From: an uncultured Candidatus Saccharibacteria bacterium
GTDB lineage: Bacteria; Patescibacteriota; Minisyncoccia; UBA6257; WO2-44-18
Length of the DNA: 41,976 nt
Direction of reading: 5' to 3'
Assembly (NCBI GenBank): GCA_964360605.1
Contig: CAYHXN010000004.1
Span: 1 to 41,976, forward strand
Shown here: in pieces, positions 23,895 through 32,926 of the stretch
How positions within the stretch are numbered: position 1 is the first letter of the stretch
Layout of the letters: each line of letters opens with the position of its first letter
Notes under the pieces: generated by a model
Told to the model about the DNA's origin: nothing
Seen by the model: only the letters and a program-made list of their open reading frames with translations
Databases searched by the model: none
Program-made: the position numbers and the translations under genes

Positions 23895-25310
23895 CTATTC
23901 GGAGCTAGCCTCGCCCTCTAAAAAGAATTCAATCGTAACTAAAAGAAGCTTTATCTGGTGCACCGGAATAATCAACTTATCTTTTCCAGAACCATTAGTA
24001 ATCAGCTGAGCTACTTCGCCAATTTTTTTCTCTGCCTCTCTAAAAAGCGCCGACAGTTCCGGTTGGTTTTCTTTGTTAAAACCGGAGTCTGCCGCGATTT
24101 GGAACAAACGGTCATAGTCAGCCGCTAAAATTTTAATTTCAACACTCGCGTCTGGAGAAAAAAGTTGAGCAATCGCGGTTCGAGCCGCGGCGGCGGACGC
24201 GATTGCTTGACCGAAGGCGTTTCCGTAATTTTCCTTAGCTAAAAGTTCGTTGGCTTGTTCAATCTGAAACTTAGCGCGATCCCAAAGCTGTTTCACTGAC
24301 GAAGGAATTGGTTTTATTTCCGCTAAAACCTTTTCTAGCTCCGCTAAGTATTTTTCCGCGATCGCGATCGCGACGGTAGACTCTTCTTCCCCAATTCGGC
24401 CATTAGCTCTTAACTGGTCTATAAAGTGCTGGCGCAAAACGTTAATCTGGCTCTTAAGATCACTATTCGCGATTAATTCCCGCACTTCATCAAGCAAACG
24501 AAGGCGCCTCAAGAAATCCGAACTAGAAACATCAAAGCCCGGTAAAACCAAAACACCGCCAACTAATGATTGGTATTCTAGCCATCCACTAAAACGAATC
24601 AATAATGTTTCTTTACTAATCGCAAGCTGACGCCGTTCGGTATCGCCAAGATATTCTCCCCAGCGTTCAATAATTTCCGCGGCACCCAACTCCCGCAACG
24701 ACTCCAGATAATTGAGCGCGCTCTTTAAAATAGCGTCGGCTAAGCCCTTGTCGTCCGCAGAAACAGTAAAGAGAACGCTAATTGAACGGCCGATTAATTC
24801 TCTTACATTAGAAGCGCTGGCTTGAAAATCGGCGTTTTGGGAAAATTTTTCATGAAGCTCATCAAAGATTTGTTCGTGGAAAAAAAGCTGGTCGGCAGTT
24901 TTAGCCAAAAACTTTTCAATGTCGAGGGTAGATTTAAAACCACGCAAGGCTTCTAGACGAGCCAATAAGACTGCCAAGCTGTCGGCGTAATTATCCGCCG
25001 CTAGCAAAATGGCGGCTATATTTTCATCATTAATCATCTCTAACTTTTTCAACTCGGCTAATTTGCTTTGAGCTATGTCTAAATCCCAACTAGCCTTTTT
25101 AATGACGTCAAAAAGCAAGGCCCGCTTGAATCCGCGTCCCCACTCTTTAATGAAATAGAAAGGATTAGTCGGTAAAAGACCGATGCTTTGGCTAGCTAAG
25201 TCGCTGTCAGAGCTGTTAGTAGCCAAGGCTAAATGCTCCCCAATACCTATAAAAGCCACTCCGGCCAAAATAAAAAAGCCCAAAATGGCTGTTTTAATAC
25301 TCTTTTTCAC
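23895..25310 (-). CDS. Exported helical protein, DUF5667-like
   Basis: Signal/TM segment followed by GLLPTNPFYFIKEW; the rest appears all-helical. Confidence 0.65.
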   Translation of the reverse strand: MKKSIKTAILGFFILAGVAFIGIGEHLALATNSSDSDLASQSIGLLPTNPFYFIKEWGRGFKRALLFDVIKKASWDLDIAQSKLAELKKLEMINDENIAAILLAADNYADSLAVLLARLEALRGFKSTLDIEKFLAKTADQLFFHEQIFDELHEKFSQNADFQASASNVRELIGRSISVLFTVSADDKGLADAILKSALNYLESLRELGAAEIIERWGEYLGDTERRQLAISKETLLIRFSGWLEYQSLVGGVLVLPGFDVSSSDFLRRLRLLDEVRELIANSDLKSQINVLRQHFIDQLRANGRIGEEESTVAIAIAEKYLAELEKVLAEIKPIPSSVKQLWDRAKFQIEQANELLAKENYGNAFGQAIASAAAARTAIAQLFSPDASVEIKILAADYDRLFQIAADSGFNKENQPELSALFREAEKKIGEVAQLITNGSGKDKLIIPVHQIKLLLVTIEFFLEGEASSE

Positions 25311-25347
25311 CTGAAGTACATTATATCACAAAACTAGGAAGATGGGT

Positions 25348-25496
25348 AGATCCCGCCGCCTTTATCTGACGGGACCGGCGTCCATTTGCTCCAGCGGCAA
25401 ATAGCGCCTTATCTCTCGCCCCGTCGCTCCGATGTTCATCGGAGACCAAGCCGTCGGGGCTCCAAGACATCCCGCATGATAAAAGCGGCGGGATCT
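25348..25496 (-). repeat. Nested inverted-repeat element (MITE/REP-like or structured 3' UTR) downstream of rpoD
   Basis: 19-bp terminal inverted repeat AGATCCCGCCGCCTTTATC/GATAAAAGCGGCGGGATCT with one mismatch (a G-U pair on the minus strand), enclosing several hairpins. Confidence 0.7.
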
Positions 25497-25518
25497 TTTG
25501 AAAAATGAATTGGGAAAA

Positions 25519-26718
25519 TTAGTAACCTTCCAAAGATTGGGATTTGGTATGAGCACGGATGCGGGCGAGAGCCTTGGCCTCAATCTGACGAATGCGTTCA
25601 CGAGTTACGGTAAATTCTTTTCCAACTTCTTCTAAAGTATGGGTAACGCCGTCCGAAAGCCCAAAACGCATTTCCAGAATCTTTTGCTCACGCGGAGTAA
25701 GGTCTACTAAAATTTCTTGAATTTTATCTCTCAACAATGCCTGGGAAGCGGTCTGCGAAGGCGTAAGATTGCGTTCATCTTGGATGAATTCGGACAAAGT
25801 TGAATCTTCGTCATCATCGCCAATCGGAGATTCTAAAGAAACTACATCTTGGGAAATTTTTTGAATGTGATGGATCTTTTCTACCGGCATATTCATTTCC
25901 ACGGCAATTTCTTCTGCTAGCGGTTCGCGGCCCAATTCCTGCAAAAGACGACGCTTAGTTTGGGTGTATTTAGAGATAGTTTCCACCATATGAACCGGGA
26001 TGCGAATAGTGCGTGACTGGTCGGCTAAAGCGCGCGTAATCGCTTGGCGAATCCACCAAGTAGCGTATGTAGAAAATTTAAAACCGCGGCGATAATCAAA
26101 TTTATCCACCGCGCGGGACAAACCAATATTCCCCTCCTGCACAAGGTCTAGAATACTCAAGTTCGGACTGCGATTTACATAACGCTTGGCAATAGAAACT
26201 ACCAAACGAAGGTTTGCTTGAATAAAACGGCGACGGGATTCCTCGTCTCCTTTTTCAATACGTTTAGCGAGTTCTTTTTCGTCTTCGGTGGTCAGAAGCG
26301 GCGTGCGGCCGATTTCTTTAAGATACATTTGGACAGCGTCGGGCAAGGTCTCGTCCACGCGCGTGGCCTCTTCTAATTCTTTCTGGCTAATTTCTTCTTT
26401 AGGAATTTCAATTAATTGCTGGGTTTCCAAAACTTTAATGTTGGCTTGCTCCAACCTATTGTAAAGTTCTTCCAATAACCCGATATTTTCTTCAATGTGT
26501 GGGAAAAAATGAAGGACTTCGGAATCAGTCACGAAACTGCGTACCCGTCCGCGGGCGACTAATTCTTCCACCAAATTGTCATCCAGCTCAACGATTAATT
26601 TAGCTTTCTTAGTAGTTTTGACGCCATGCTTATTAACGCGCGGGGATTTTTTTATTCCGCGCTTCTTGGCCCGCTTGAAAGATTTTTTTACTTTTTTTGT
26701 TTTGGATTTTTTAGCCAT
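25519..26718 (-). CDS. rpoD: Primary sigma factor RpoD
   Basis: [54 protein letters not shown]; ATG 26718 preferred. Confidence 0.97.
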   Translation of the reverse strand: MAKKSKTKKVKKSFKRAKKRGIKKSPRVNKHGVKTTKKAKLIVELDDNLVEELVARGRVRSFVTDSEVLHFFPHIEENIGLLEELYNRLEQANIKVLETQQLIEIPKEEISQKELEEATRVDETLPDAVQMYLKEIGRTPLLTTEDEKELAKRIEKGDEESRRRFIQANLRLVVSIAKRYVNRSPNLSILDLVQEGNIGLSRAVDKFDYRRGFKFSTYATWWIRQAITRALADQSRTIRIPVHMVETISKYTQTKRRLLQELGREPLAEEIAVEMNMPVEKIHHIQKISQDVVSLESPIGDDDEDSTLSEFIQDERNLTPSQTASQALLRDKIQEILVDLTPREQKILEMRFGLSDGVTHTLEEVGKEFTVTRERIRQIEAKALARIRAHTKSQSLEGY

Positions 26719-26783
26719 AAAGCACAATCCGAATGATAAAAACTATATTTTAAAAAGATTCGCGCCACTCAAATTATAGATAC

Positions 26784-28469
26784 CTATAGATTGTGCATTT
26801 CTTTCGTAATTGTGTCAAATTCAGCTTCAGTCTTGGCCACGGCGTCTTTGTCTCCGGCAAACTCCGCTTGGCGAACAGCTTGGGAAGCCGCTGTCCGTTT
26901 TTCTTTCCAATATTCTTTTTTAAGCTCTAAAATAAGGGTGGTGAAATATGGCTCGAACTTTTCTTCTTCCAACGGGATACTAGATAAGCTAAAAACCATT
27001 TCTATTTTAGGATCCACGGATTTTAATCCGGAAGCAATAAGATCTTTGTATTGAACCGGAAAATATTCCAAGTGCGGCTGTAGCCGTTCCAGCCAATTCT
27101 TCTGCGCCGCCAAAGAAACTAGTTGGCGACTAATCAGCACTCGTCGCGGAATTTTTTGTTTATCATTCAAAGAATCTGTTAATGGTTCGGCGGGCGCTGA
27201 AACCATATTTTGTTCCGGTAATTTATTTAACTCTTCCGATAAATCGCTTTCGCGAATACCAGTCTTAATGGAAAGCCGGCGAATCCAGTGCGATCGCTCT
27301 ACCGGACTAAACATAGTTTTAATTTTCCCCAATACAACCCGCAATCCCCGCTTTTGCCGAACTGAATCCGAATCATCAGATAAATGGCGGTGAAAATAAA
27401 ATTCCATTGCCGAAAGCGCGCCGGTAATAACCGCGCTAATTTCTCCTGGTTTTTCCTGAACGAAATCTGCTGGATCCTTACCAGAATCCAAACGCACTAC
27501 CTTAACCGAAAAATCACTCGCTTGAGCAAGATCAATCGCCCGCTCCGTAGCGGCTTGCCCCGCTTCGTCGTTATCAAAAATAAGATGCAAGGAGTCGGCT
27601 AAGCGCCGAAGCGTTGCTAAATGATCGCCAGTAAGAGCTGTCCCAGAAATGGCGGCTAAATTCTTAACGCCGTCCTGCCACATCATTAAAAAATCCATTT
27701 GACCCTCCACTAAAATGGCGGCTTTCGCGTCGCGAATCGCGTTTTTAGATTTATCAAAACCAAAAAGTATTTTGGATTTGTGGTAAATCGGGGTCTCGGG
27801 ACTGTTCACATACTTCCCCACCTCGGCAATTTCTCCGGGCATAATTCTTCCCGTAAAACCAACGGTCTTTCCTAAATGATTATTAATGGGAAACATCACT
27901 CTATTCCTAAAGCGATCCCAATAAGTTCCCCTTTCGGTTTTAGTAACTAAACCGGCCCGTTCAATATCTTCCACCGCGTAGCCGGCGTTTAAAAGATGGC
28001 GCAACAAGTTATCACTGCCATTCGGCGCGAAACCGACTCCGAATTCATTTATCGTTTCTTGTTTTAGACCGCGATTCAAAAGATAATCCAACGGGGATCC
28101 TGATAGGTTTTTAACAAAAAATTCCTGCGCGGAACGATTGATGTCGTAAAGATTGTTAATTTTTTTCTGGTCAGGTGTCGCTATGGAGCGGATTTCCACC
28201 CCAGCTTTCTCCGCCAGCGTTTTTAAAGCGTCAAAAAATTCCACGTTTTCATACTTCATTACAAAACTAAAGATGTCTCCGCCAGCCGCGCAACCAAAAC
28301 AATGCCAGATCTGACGATCCGGAGAAACCATAAAAGAAGGGCTTTTTTCTTTATGAAACGGGCAAAGACCCTTAAAATATTTCCCCGCCGGCGTAAGTTT
28401 TAAATACTGTTTTATAACATCTACCACATCCAGCCGCTCTTTTATCACCTGAACATTATCTTGTTGCAT
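26784..28469 (-). CDS. dnaG: DNA primase
   Basis: CPFHKEKSPSF...CFGC zinc finger, KYVNSPET, VEGQMD, FDNDEAG, KDPAD. Confidence 0.97.
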   Translation of the reverse strand: MQQDNVQVIKERLDVVDVIKQYLKLTPAGKYFKGLCPFHKEKSPSFMVSPDRQIWHCFGCAAGGDIFSFVMKYENVEFFDALKTLAEKAGVEIRSIATPDQKKINNLYDINRSAQEFFVKNLSGSPLDYLLNRGLKQETINEFGVGFAPNGSDNLLRHLLNAGYAVEDIERAGLVTKTERGTYWDRFRNRVMFPINNHLGKTVGFTGRIMPGEIAEVGKYVNSPETPIYHKSKILFGFDKSKNAIRDAKAAILVEGQMDFLMMWQDGVKNLAAISGTALTGDHLATLRRLADSLHLIFDNDEAGQAATERAIDLAQASDFSVKVVRLDSGKDPADFVQEKPGEISAVITGALSAMEFYFHRHLSDDSDSVRQKRGLRVVLGKIKTMFSPVERSHWIRRLSIKTGIRESDLSEELNKLPEQNMVSAPAEPLTDSLNDKQKIPRRVLISRQLVSLAAQKNWLERLQPHLEYFPVQYKDLIASGLKSVDPKIEMVFSLSSIPLEEEKFEPYFTTLILELKKEYWKEKRTAASQAVRQAEFAGDKDAVAKTEAEFDTITKEMHNL

Positions 28470-28522
28470 TATCTTTAAAATACTCTTTATTAAATCAATT
28501 TTCAATTAAAAATCCCCCGTCA

Positions 28523-29083
28523 TCAGGGGATATCAATGATTTGCAAACCTTTTTCTACCGCTTCCTTTTCCTCAGGGAACATAGCAATCGTCCGGAGATC
28601 GGGAACGCCTTTTTCTTTGTCAAAATCTAGAAGGTTTTTTATTTTAGAAACATTAGCTTCGGCCACATATCCCAATCCGCCGGTAGAAACATGAAGTTTG
28701 AAATGTTTTTTAACCTCGGGCCAACGCAACCCGAAACCGTAAATTTTTACTTCTTTCTCTGTATCTCCACGAACCACTATGCCGTCAAATAATTTTTGGT
28801 CTCCTAACTTATTTTTTTCGGCAATAACGATATCGGCGATGTATTGGCCGAGTTCTCCTTTAACCTCATCGTAGAGAACATTCAGAAAAAATTCTTTCGG
28901 GTCAGTCGCTCTTCCAATTGCCGTAACCTGAAAGCCTCCAGGCCACGTCTCATCTTTCATTTTCTCAAAATCGTATGTGCCGCGCCGCTGGAGAATGGCA
29001 ACCTTGCCTTTATCTAGAAGATTAGTGAAAATCTGCAATCCCACAATCTTTTCTTTTTCCAAAGTCGTCGTTTTTTCACTCAT
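28523..29083 (-). CDS. Hypothetical protein, possible degenerate Nudix/IDI-like fold
   Basis: AILQRRG...WPGGFQVTAIGR...EVKGELG resembles the LQRR..WPG..G..EELG pattern. Confidence 0.45.
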   Translation of the reverse strand: MSEKTTTLEKEKIVGLQIFTNLLDKGKVAILQRRGTYDFEKMKDETWPGGFQVTAIGRATDPKEFFLNVLYDEVKGELGQYIADIVIAEKNKLGDQKLFDGIVVRGDTEKEVKIYGFGLRWPEVKKHFKLHVSTGGLGYVAEANVSKIKNLLDFDKEKGVPDLRTIAMFPEEKEAVEKGLQIIDIP

Positions 29084-29179
29084 CGCTTTACCTCAAAAAA
29101 CCTTAAAGATTATAGAATATTGTTCTTGTTTAATCAAGAATTCGCTTATACAATTAAAGAAGAAATTTTGAGGGGAAAA

Positions 29180-29617
29180 ATGCTCTGCCAAGTTGCTGGA
29201 GCGATTGTGAAAAACGATCGCGGAGAATTTTTGACGGTTGTCCGATTAAAAAAGCCGGAAGGAATCGCTATGCCGTCTTTTCATCTCCGCAGTACCAATA
29301 AAATAGAAGCGGAAGGCGATATTTTCCGCCGCCGATTGCAAGAAGAGCTGGGAATTGAAGCCGTGAACATCCGTCGTTTGCCGGAACTATTACTTTTTCA
29401 TCATTCTTGTCGGTACGATTTTCCCCGATTTCGCGAGTCCATGCACGAATGGATGATTTTCCAAGTCCTCACTTGGAATGGTCAACCGGAAAATCGCCAA
29501 TTGGAAAAATACAAAAGCTGGCAGTGGCGCGCCCCGAAAGAAATTAAATCCTTGATTGTTAAAAAACATTTTGACCTAGTTTGGACAAAAATTTGGAAAA
29601 GAATAAACCCCGTTTAA
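29180..29617 (+). CDS. Nudix-fold hydrolase
   Basis: VAGAIVKNDRGEFL, RRRLQEELGI, WNGQPEN...WQW. ATG 29180 follows GAGGGG. Confidence 0.7.
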   Translation: MLCQVAGAIVKNDRGEFLTVVRLKKPEGIAMPSFHLRSTNKIEAEGDIFRRRLQEELGIEAVNIRRLPELLLFHHSCRYDFPRFRESMHEWMIFQVLTWNGQPENRQLEKYKSWQWRAPKEIKSLIVKKHFDLVWTKIWKRINPV

Positions 29618-29627
29618 ACGGGGTTTA
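29604..29627. terminator. Bidirectional terminator/palindrome at convergent stop codons
   Basis: Perfect palindrome TAAACCCCGTTT|AAACGGGGTTTA. Confidence 0.7.
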
Positions 29628-31640
29628 GTTTTCTAAAAATTCCTTCAGTGCTGGCACTAAATCAATAATTTCCTGTGATATTCCATTAAAAGGGATTTTC
29701 TGCGCCTTCACCGGATACACTCCTTCGTATCGGTATCGACGCCATTCGCGAATAATCTTCTGCGGTTTTGGTTTAGGAGAACCCGGAGGCGTCCAGACAT
29801 CCCACCAAGGTCGCCGCTTCGGATAATGGGTAAACATCGTTTCCAAATAGACTGTCTTTTGTTTGCCCCAAATTCGGTAAATCCGTTCCATTACCTGTAC
29901 GATGGAAATTTGATCTAAATCCCGACCGTCATGTAAGTGTACTAATAGCAATTCATTGTTGTTTTCGTGATTAGCGTTGCAAATCGCCACTTTCGGCAAT
30001 CCTAAATTCAAAACATGATTGAGCAAACGCTTCTTAATCCTTTGGTACTCTCGGGACTTAACCATGTAATGATATCGGTTGGCATCATTTTTCTCGTCAT
30101 CCGGGGGATTGTAATAATCTCCGGGGAGAGTGCCCAATCCTACTAAGAAATACTTATTCCTTTCGCAAAACTCCTCCGTAAAAAATTCTTGTAGAAAAGC
30201 GAGGTCGTTATAGGTTCGCCGTACTTCCAACATCTTTTCTAAACCCCTCCCTAATCCGCCAATCATTTCATTTTTTTTCGTCCACTCTTTCCAACATTCC
30301 GGAACATCTAACTCCTGAAAAGAACGCGGTCGTTCGCGAATTTGAGAACGCATTGTTTCATAGGAATCATCCTCTAGATATTTCAGCCACTCCACAACGT
30401 AATTGTCAGGATAGAAAAAGGCTGGCTCACAAACGCCACGACCGGCTTCAGTTTCTGTTACAAAAGCGGAGAATTCCAACCAATTTCTGTTTAAATCATC
30501 GGGGCTCTTCCCGTACTGATCACAAAATAATTTATAAACAATGAATTCATCCCATCGGTCTAAAATTGCCCGATCTTCACAGGTTGTCCAAATTAATCCA
30601 TGCCGTCCGGTATTCCAACGCTTCTTAATATCTTCCCAAAGGGCCAACCCTAAACGATACGGGTTAAGTGATCCGCCACCGCTCTGAACGCCCGCGAAGG
30701 TGTTAGCAAAATGACAAATTTCCGAATCTTCCAAGACTCCCTTGCTGGTCATAATGTCCGCTTCCCAATAAGCGGCCCACCCTTCGTTCATTATTTTAGT
30801 CAAGCCATTACGGTATAAAGAATGCTGTTCTTCTCTTATAATTTCTATAATTTCTTTTTGCCATGGATCCAGTGAAGCGTGTTTGAGACAAAATCCCAAA
30901 ACGTCATAGACTGGTTCGGGGGGGTTAATGAAACCGCGATTAATGTCCTTGCGTCTTTCTTTTTCAAAATCAATAGCTTCCCGTTGGGCATCCAGCCAAT
31001 CTTTGGGATTGACGCACTTATCCATATATTCCGGTAATTTTTCCCTAAACTGTAGCTTAGTAGGATCGTCAGACAACTGTTCCGGTTTTCGGCTATCCAA
31101 TTCATCTAGCTCTCTCGGATTCATAAAATCACATAGAGTCGCGACGGAAAGACAGGCTTCCAGAAAAAGATCTACCTCTTCCTTACCCTCTTTAGTTCTT
31201 AACTCTTCAACTCTTTTAGCATTATCGGCGAATTGGTTATGAAGATCGGTAGGCACCATCCGGCACCAGACATTGTTCTTGAAAAAGTCGGAGTGGCCAT
31301 AAACGTGGCCCATGACCTGTTTCTGAATAACTGAAGGATTTGCGTCCAACAGATAGGCGTAACTTGGATTCGTGGCAATGATCATTTCATAAATAATGTG
31401 CAAACCAAAATTATAAGAGGTTTTAAGCCGCAACGATTCTTGACCAAATAACCAGTGGGAATAACGAACCGGATAACCTGCATAAGCCGCTAGTTCACTC
31501 ATTTCTTCATGATCCACCATTTCAAAACGAATCGGATAAGGATCCAAACCTCTTTTTTTCGCTTCTGCCTCAATCAGATATTTTTCTTTTTTGTAAGGAA
31601 ACTTGGGTCGATTGCCTTGCTCTGGCCGTTTTTCTAACAT
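29625..31640 (-). CDS. spoVR: SpoVR/YcgB family protein
   Basis: YPVRYSHWLFG, IYEMII, HVYGHSDFFKNN, TKIMNEGWA, LNPYRLG. Confidence 0.92.
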   Translation of the reverse strand: MLEKRPEQGNRPKFPYKKEKYLIEAEAKKRGLDPYPIRFEMVDHEEMSELAAYAGYPVRYSHWLFGQESLRLKTSYNFGLHIIYEMIIATNPSYAYLLDANPSVIQKQVMGHVYGHSDFFKNNVWCRMVPTDLHNQFADNAKRVEELRTKEGKEEVDLFLEACLSVATLCDFMNPRELDELDSRKPEQLSDDPTKLQFREKLPEYMDKCVNPKDWLDAQREAIDFEKERRKDINRGFINPPEPVYDVLGFCLKHASLDPWQKEIIEIIREEQHSLYRNGLTKIMNEGWAAYWEADIMTSKGVLEDSEICHFANTFAGVQSGGGSLNPYRLGLALWEDIKKRWNTGRHGLIWTTCEDRAILDRWDEFIVYKLFCDQYGKSPDDLNRNWLEFSAFVTETEAGRGVCEPAFFYPDNYVVEWLKYLEDDSYETMRSQIRERPRSFQELDVPECWKEWTKKNEMIGGLGRGLEKMLEVRRTYNDLAFLQEFFTEEFCERNKYFLVGLGTLPGDYYNPPDDEKNDANRYHYMVKSREYQRIKKRLLNHVLNLGLPKVAICNANHENNNELLLVHLHDGRDLDQISIVQVMERIYRIWGKQKTVYLETMFTHYPKRRPWWDVWTPPGSPKPKPQKIIREWRRYRYEGVYPVKAQKIPFNGISQEIIDLVPALKEFLEN

Positions 31641-31641
31641 C

Positions 31642-32850
31642 TTAGTTACCCTCCGAAAAAACGGCTTGGATGGCTCCCGGAATGTCATCCGCAGTACGAA
31701 GATTAGTCATCCGTACTAATGGATTGTCATGAAAGTAGCTTCTAAGCATCAATCCGAAATTTCCGGCGGGGGAAAATTTCTTCTCAACCGCTTTGGGATT
31801 ACTCATCGCCCAAAGACGAGAAGAGTCAATTTCTAAGTAAGCGTATTGGTTAACTGACGGCAGAAAATCTTTTTCAATGATTTCCATGCATATTTCGTCA
31901 TCGCCTTCTCCCCAATTAAATCCGTCGGAAAAATAAAAAATGTAGATATTCCATTTTTCCGGAGGATATTTCTCCTTGATGAGTTTAAGCGCTTCTTTGT
32001 GACCGCTGGAAGCAACGGTGCCTCCGGCACGGGTAGTGCGGAAAAACTCTTCTCTAGAAACCACGCTCGCTTCTCCGTCGTGAATGATCCATTCTCGCTC
32101 TAAACTACCGTAATACCGAAGAAGTTGAAGTTCCGTAAACTGGCAAAACGAATCAATTACTTTACGGTCTTCTTCCATCACTGATCCGGAAACGTCTTTG
32201 ATATAAATCATAACCGCGTTGTACTGTTTTTTAAGAACCGTTTTTGATTGCCGATAACGCTTATCGTTGCGGATCGGGATCAAACGCGGTTTTTTGGGGT
32301 CAAAGCTTCCTTCAGCAATGGAACGTTTCAGCGCTTCTTTCCAGGTGCGGCGTTTATGAATTAGAGATTCTGGACCAATTCGGCTGACACTAGAATATTT
32401 ATCCGTCTCACTTTTAATGGTTTTGTCACCTTTTGGCTTAATACGCGGCAATTTTAGGATTGCATCAAACAAAATATCGGCAAACTCATCAAGGGGCATT
32501 AAAAGCTCAAACTCTTCTCCGCGTCCGGTCCCGGCAGAACGCTGTCCGTTCTTACCTTGTCCGCCGTTATCTCCGTGAGCGGCTCCCAAGTCGGTTCCCG
32601 GATCGCCTTCTCCTTGGCCGACACCGACGTTTACACCGAATTCATCATCGCCCATATCTTCGTATGGCTTCGGATTGCTAAAGTGTAAAACTGGTATCTC
32701 TATCACGGGAATAGAAATTATTACTCCCCCATCGGGGCCATGAAGCTTAATTCGGGCACGTTGCAAATACTGCATCAGGTCTTTTCGCAAATTACGGTTG
32801 ATAATATCACGGTACTCCTGTTCAGATTTTTTGATGCGTCCTAATCCCAT
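31642..32850 (-). CDS. yeaH: YeaH/YhbH (DUF444) vWA-domain protein
   Basis: GVGQGEG, DVSGS (MIDAS-like), GGTVASS, WNIYIFYFSDG; AAGGAG Shine-Dalgarno before ATG 32850. Confidence 0.9.
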   Translation of the reverse strand: MGLGRIKKSEQEYRDIINRNLRKDLMQYLQRARIKLHGPDGGVIISIPVIEIPVLHFSNPKPYEDMGDDEFGVNVGVGQGEGDPGTDLGAAHGDNGGQGKNGQRSAGTGRGEEFELLMPLDEFADILFDAILKLPRIKPKGDKTIKSETDKYSSVSRIGPESLIHKRRTWKEALKRSIAEGSFDPKKPRLIPIRNDKRYRQSKTVLKKQYNAVMIYIKDVSGSVMEEDRKVIDSFCQFTELQLLRYYGSLEREWIIHDGEASVVSREEFFRTTRAGGTVASSGHKEALKLIKEKYPPEKWNIYIFYFSDGFNWGEGDDEICMEIIEKDFLPSVNQYAYLEIDSSRLWAMSNPKAVEKKFSPAGNFGLMLRSYFHDNPLVRMTNLRTADDIPGAIQAVFSEGN

Positions 32851-32885
32851 ATTAGTCTCCTTAAGAACTACAGCTATTAAACAAT

Positions 32886-32912
32886 AAAAAGCCGCCCTAT
32901 TCAAGGACGGCT
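32886..32912 (-). terminator. Terminator-like hairpin between prkA and yeaH
   Basis: Minus strand AGCCGTCCT...AGGGCGGCT followed by a T tract. Confidence 0.55.
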
Positions 32913-32926
32913 CGTCTTATGTCATT

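Noticed and set aside
25362-25601. 79-aa minus-strand ORF
   Set aside because: It overlaps the rpoD 3' end out of frame and runs through the inverted-repeat element.
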